Shown here piece by piece: positions 59,145 to 64,000 of a stretch of DNA of 64,000 nucleotides (positions are counted from its first letter, which is position 1; the number at the start of each line of letters is the position of its first letter). Source of the DNA: Candidatus Helarchaeota archaeon (GTDB lineage Archaea > Asgardarchaeota > Lokiarchaeia > Helarchaeales > RDOG01); the NCBI GenBank assembly GCA_019058315.1, contig JAHPZH010000004.1, positions 448,001 through 512,000 on the forward strand, in the 5' to 3' direction. The notes beneath the pieces were generated by a model. The model was not told the origin of the DNA. It saw only the letters and a program-made list of their open reading frames with translations, and did not search any database. The position numbers were made by a program, and so were the translations under genes.

Positions 59145-60881
59145 TTAGTTATCTAAATAATCTTTAATTATTTGAGGTTCAATATTTATTGGTAATTCAA
59201 TGATCACCTCTGTTCCTTTTCCAAATATACTATTAACTTTCATTTTTCCCCCATGTTTCTCAATTATACCACGACAAATTGAAAGTCCAAGCCCTGTCCC
59301 TTTCCCAACTTATTTGGTAGAAAAGAATGGTTCGAAAATCCTCGGTAAATCGGATTCTTTAATTCCTTTTCCATTATCAATAACTCTAATTTCTATTTTA
59401 CTATTTATCTTTAAGAGAGTAATATTAAGCTCTGGTCTATCTTTTTTCCCTTCTAAAACATCTAGGGAATTATTCACGAGGTTTTGAAATACTTGAGAAA
59501 GTAGTATTCTATCCGCGATTAATTCAACTTCTTCTCCCTTTTTAATTTTGACTTTGACACCATTTTTATTAATTCTTGACGCTATTGCTGGAGCTTCTAC
59601 AAGCTCATTTAAAAGAGGTCCAAGCTCAATTGGTTTTAAATCTAAGTCCATTTTTCTTGAGAATTGAAGTAATTCTTTCACAACTTGTGCACAAAATTTT
59701 GCTTGATTCTTTATACTAATAATCTCCTTTAATAACATTTTAGTCTTATTAGAAGATTTATCATCACCAATTATTTCAGAAATATAATCAGTTTTGAGAG
59801 TAATATTTGCAAGGGGTGTATTGAGTTGATGTGCTACACCAGCCGCAAGCCTGCCTATGGCAGCTAATTTATTCTTTTCTATGAGCTCTTCTTGAAGCTT
59901 TAATTGTCTAGTTATATCTCTTCCGATGGCTTGAAGTTCGATAATTTTACCATTTTCATCTCTAACTGCTGAGCAATTCCAACTTATGGTTCGGAGCCCT
60001 TTGGGTACGTTCATCCGTGTTAAAAAACCAGGTATTGGTTCACCAGTTTCTAATAGTTTCTGGATAACTTCTTCTACTATTATTTGATCATCTGGATATA
60101 TTGATTTAAAGAATTTTTTTCCAATTAGTTCTTCTTTTGGTACTCCAAAGAATTCTGATGCTGCATGGTTAACTAAAATATAAGTTCCATCAAAAGATAA
60201 TCTTAAGATTAATTCATGAGAAAATTCAGCGATATTCCTAATTTTTTCTTCAGACTCACGATATTTTTTTTCTGATATTATTAATCTGTTTTCGAGATAA
60301 ACAACAATTACGGTTCCGAGTAGAAATGAAATAAAGATTATATTACATACATAACTTAATTCCCAGGTTCCTTCAATATTAAAATTATATAAAATAGTAG
60401 AAACTAATGAAAAAAAGCCTCCAAAAATAGTTAAGAACATAAATCCATATGTAGGAGATTTTATCTTTAAGCAGATACGTATAAGCATAGCCATAGCGAT
60501 AAAAAGAAATATACCCATTAATAATTCAATCAAAAGGAGAGGTATTGAAATAGAAGTAACGAAAAAGCTTATTTCTCTCATTATATGGTTATTAGGTGTT
60601 TGAGAAGTGTCTTTAAATATCTGATAATAATCGCGAAATACCGCAGCTATAAATGAAATGACTGCAATTAAATAAAGTATATTACCAATAAGTCGAAATG
60701 ACTTAATAAAAACTTGTAGAAAAATAAAAAATGACCCAATTGAGTAGATTATACACGCCAATAACCATCCGATTAACCAATGCAGTAATCTTCTTTGCTT
60801 TATGGATACCAAACCAAATATGATTGAAGTAAATATCGAATATATAGCAATAATTAAATCAAGTGCAGCTTCGTAAAGCAA
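59145..60881 (-). pseudogene. Membrane (6-7 TM)-PAS histidine kinase interrupted by an in-frame TAA at 59310-59312
   Basis: Reads ...[47 protein letters not shown]... to a stop at 59145. Paralogs have STKQ(V/I)G at this position. H-box AHQLNTPL. Confidence 0.75.
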
Positions 60882-61006
60882 GGTTTTTCCCCCTATTTAT
60901 ATTTAATTTTATTATTCTACAATATATTATAAGAAAATTTCATTTATTAATGTAATTTTAATTAATAATAATCAATTTTAAATCTGAAATTTTCTCACTT
61001 TTCTTT

Positions 61007-64000
61007 TTAATGTTCATTATATGTTGGTAATTTAATAATCACCTCTGTTCCTTTTCCAAAAGTGCTATTAAGATTTATTTTTCCTTTATGTTTTTCAATT
61101 ATACCACGACAAATTGATAGTCCAAGCCCAGTTCCTTTCCCAATCTGTTTAGTAGAAAAGAACGGTTCAAAAACCCTAGGCAAATCAGATTCTCTAATTC
61201 CTTTGCCATTATCAATTACTTTAATTTCTACGCTACCATTTATTTTTGAAAAGGCAATTTTAATTCTGGGTTTTTCCTTAACAAATTCTAAAGCATCGAT
61301 AGAATTTGTTATTAGATTTTGGAGTACTTGAAAAAGAAGTACTCTATCTGCATCTAAAATAATATCTTTTTCCTTTTCAAATATAATTTCGATATTTCTT
61401 TCTTTTATTTTTGAAGATATGGCAGGGAGTTCAATAAGGTCCTTTAATAATGAACAGAGATCAAACTTTTTTACATTCAAATCCATTTTCCTTGAAAATT
61501 GAAGCAGATCTTTCACAATTTGAGCACAGAATTTAACTTGATCCTTAATAGCTGAAATTTCCTTATGTAAAATTTCAACATTAGGAGGAGTTTTTTCATT
61601 ACTTACTATAGCTGAAATATAATCTGCCTTTAGAGTAATATTTGCTAGTGGAGTGTTGAGTTCATGAGCGACACCTGCCGCAAGCTGACCTACGGCTGCT
61701 AATTTATCTTTTTCTATCAGCTCTTCTTGAAGCTCTGTCACATCTCTACCACTAGCTTGGACTCCAATAATTTTACCAGTATTATCCTTAATTACAGTAC
61801 CGCTAAATTTAACAGTTCTAATTCCCTTTGGGACTATTAATCGAACTTCAAATCCAATTTGTGGGTTTTCGACTTTTATTATATTTCTTAGAGTGTTAGC
61901 TGTTTTTTCTATATCTTCGGGATATACATATTCAGAAAAATGTACTCCAATTAGCTGTTCTGAAGATTTTTGGAAAAATTCTGCTGCGGCAGGGTTTGCA
62001 AAAGTGACTTTTCCGTCTTTACTAGCACGTATTATTATATCTTGAGAAAGATCCGCTATACTCTTAAATTTCTCCTCACTTCTTTTCAATTCATTCTCTA
62101 TTTTCTCACGTTCTCTTATTTCCATTTGCAATTTTCTATTCGATAAAACTAGTTCACTTGTCCTTTCTTCTATCATTTTTTCAAGATGATGTCGATATGC
62201 CATCAATTCCATTTCAGCTTCCTTTTTTTCTGTGATATCCCTCGAAATAGTAAGCATTTTTATTTTTCCATCATTATCTTTAAATGCTCTTCCATTTACT
62301 TCAAGATAAATGTAATGGCCATCATTATGCTTCACTCTGATTTCATAAGCTGCCTCGCCAGTCTCTAATATCTTTTTAAAATTATCTAAAAGTTTTTGAC
62401 GGTCTTCTAGGTGAAAATTTTTATCACTTAATTCTAATAGTTCGTCCTTCGTATAACCTAACATTTTAGAATGAACGTTAAAATTCAGATATTCTTGTTT
62501 AAATTCATCATTAATAACGGCAATTAAATCATTAGCGTTCTCTGAAATCAAGCGATATTTTTCTTCAGACTCTTTAAGTTTTTGCTGAGCAAGTTCACGT
62601 TCAGTAACATCAGTATTAAAGGCTAAAATACAATCTTCTTCTATAAACGGATAATTTATGGCTAAAGCCTCGATAAATATTACTTTTCCGTCACGACGAA
62701 TTCCTCGAAATATAAGTGGGTGATCCATTCCTTTATCTTTTCTAATATTTCTTTCAAGTTCGATAAGTATAGGTAGATCATCTTTATGAATAAGATCTCT
62801 GACAGATCGACCTGTTAGGTCAGATGGAGATTCATATCCAAATAGTTGGCTTTCCTTCTCGTTACACATAATAATTTTATCATATTTCATGACTATGTTT
62901 CCATAAATGGCTTTTTCGAAAAGGTTCCGGTATTTATCTTCGGAATCTTTGAGTTTTTGCTCTGCTTTTATCCGCTCCTCTATATCCCTACCGATAACTA
63001 ATAATTTATCCTTCCCATCTGGACCAATAAATAATTTTCCCTTTAATTCTAACCAAATATATGACTTATCCTTCTTTCTAAGCCTTGCCTCAACGATTCC
63101 TTCCCCTTTTTCATAATTTTGTTTCCAAACAGTAATTCCTCTTAATGCATCATCTGCATGCATAAATTTTACAGCATCATATCCAAATAACTCATCTCTC
63201 TCATATCCTAAAATCTTAAGAACTTGTTCGTTAAAATATTCAATTTTAAATTTATTGTCTAGAACAACAATTAAATCATTTGCATTTTCTGTAATTAAAC
63301 GATATTTTTCTTCAGATTCCTTAAGTTTTTGCTCTGCTTCTTTTTTTTCCGTAATATCTCTAGAGACAAAAATTGCTTTAATTTTGCTACTTTCATCTTT
63401 TAATGTTTTTCCTTTGGAATCTAACCAAATATAATGTCCATCTTTATGCCTGAATCGTGATTCAATTGATCCCTCACCAACTATTACTCCTTTTGCTATA
63501 TTGTTTAATAATATTTCCATTTCTTCTGGATGTATAAAATCAGTGATTCGTCTTCCAATTAATTCTTCTCTTGAGTAACCTAATATATTAGAAAAAGCTG
63601 GTGCATTTATATATTCATATCTCCCTTTATTATTTACGACTGATATTAAGTCATTAGCATTTTCAGTTATAAGACGATATTTTTCTTCAGATTCCTTGAG
63701 GTTTTGTTCTGATTTTATCTTATCTGTTACATCTATCATAATCGCTAGATCAGCAGGTCGACCTTCATAAGATATTGTATTAGAAAAATTTTCATACCAA
63801 ATTGGCTCACCTGTTTTTTTAATAGCTTGAATCTCATATTGGAATACATCGGTTTTTATAGCCAACTGTTTATTCAATGCTTGCTTGGCAATGAAATCCC
63901 TATAATCAGGGTGGATTACTTTAAGAAATTCTCCTGGCTCCCAATTTGTAACTTCTTCAATTGTATATCCAAACATATCTGCCGCACGTTGATTAATATA
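61007..64000 (-). CDS. Multi-PAS (>=6) histidine kinase, 5' end outside the window
   Basis: Frame open to base 64000; PAS units; H-box [20 protein letters not shown]. Confidence 0.9.
   Translation of the reverse strand, partial: [997 protein letters not shown]

Noticed and set aside
59310-59312. Stop-codon recoding (alternative code, Sec or Pyl)
   Set aside because: The codon is TAA, which terminates many other genes here; a single transition from CAA explains it.
2507-63116. Numerous short antisense or alternate-frame ORFs in the supplied track (e.g. 17497..17943, 18205..18684, 35460..35876, 59200..59487, 61062..61331)
   Set aside because: They lie wholly opposite or within well-supported genes, lack RBS or domain motifs, and recur simply as mirror images of conserved kinase and KaiC codons.
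1-64000. rRNA, tRNA or IS elements
   Set aside because: No GC-rich structured stretches, tRNA arm motifs or transposase ORFs were seen; coding genes account for nearly all the sequence.

Overview
This is an AT-rich, gene-dense archaeal window, very probably from an Asgard archaeon (Loki/Hel-type). That call rests on nine Ras-superfamily small GTPases, longin/uDENN-like proteins, GGTGA-type RBSs and TATA-type promoters. Almost the whole window is one signal-transduction island. (i) 1-6015 (+): a membrane-anchored surface glycoprotein followed by Rab-like, longin, Rag/Arf-V4R and uDENN-Rab genes. (ii) 28812->6047 (-): a ~23 kb co-directional run. It holds a stressosome (two RsbR sensors, one with a CynA/NrtA/CmpA-type oxyanion-binding domain; RsbS; RsbT; an RsbT-PP2C fusion), then histidine kinases and an Rcp1-like receiver, then a complete kaiA3-kaiB-kaiC-kaiB-kaiC clock-type cluster. 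More kinases and receivers follow, then a receiver fused to a uDENN/longin-like domain, a stand-alone uDENN-like protein, a Rab-like GTPase and an HhH-GTPase. (iii) 29645-50187 (+): two REC-wHTH regulators and soluble multi-PAS kinases (up to 16 PAS), several lacking the catalytic H+1 acid. (iv) 50197-64000: a second copy of the GTPase cassette, a GAF-PAS-DUF835-wHTH regulator, a beta-propeller/Ig surface protein, a nonsense-interrupted membrane kinase and a truncated multi-PAS kinase. A 19-bp operator-like motif placed 6 nt upstream of a TATA-like box recurs in front of most of these units. The main candidate novel system is a stressosome-gated KaiA3B3C3 oscillator wired through two-component relays to eukaryote-like small-GTPase machinery. 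All family assignments are by eye; no searches were run.
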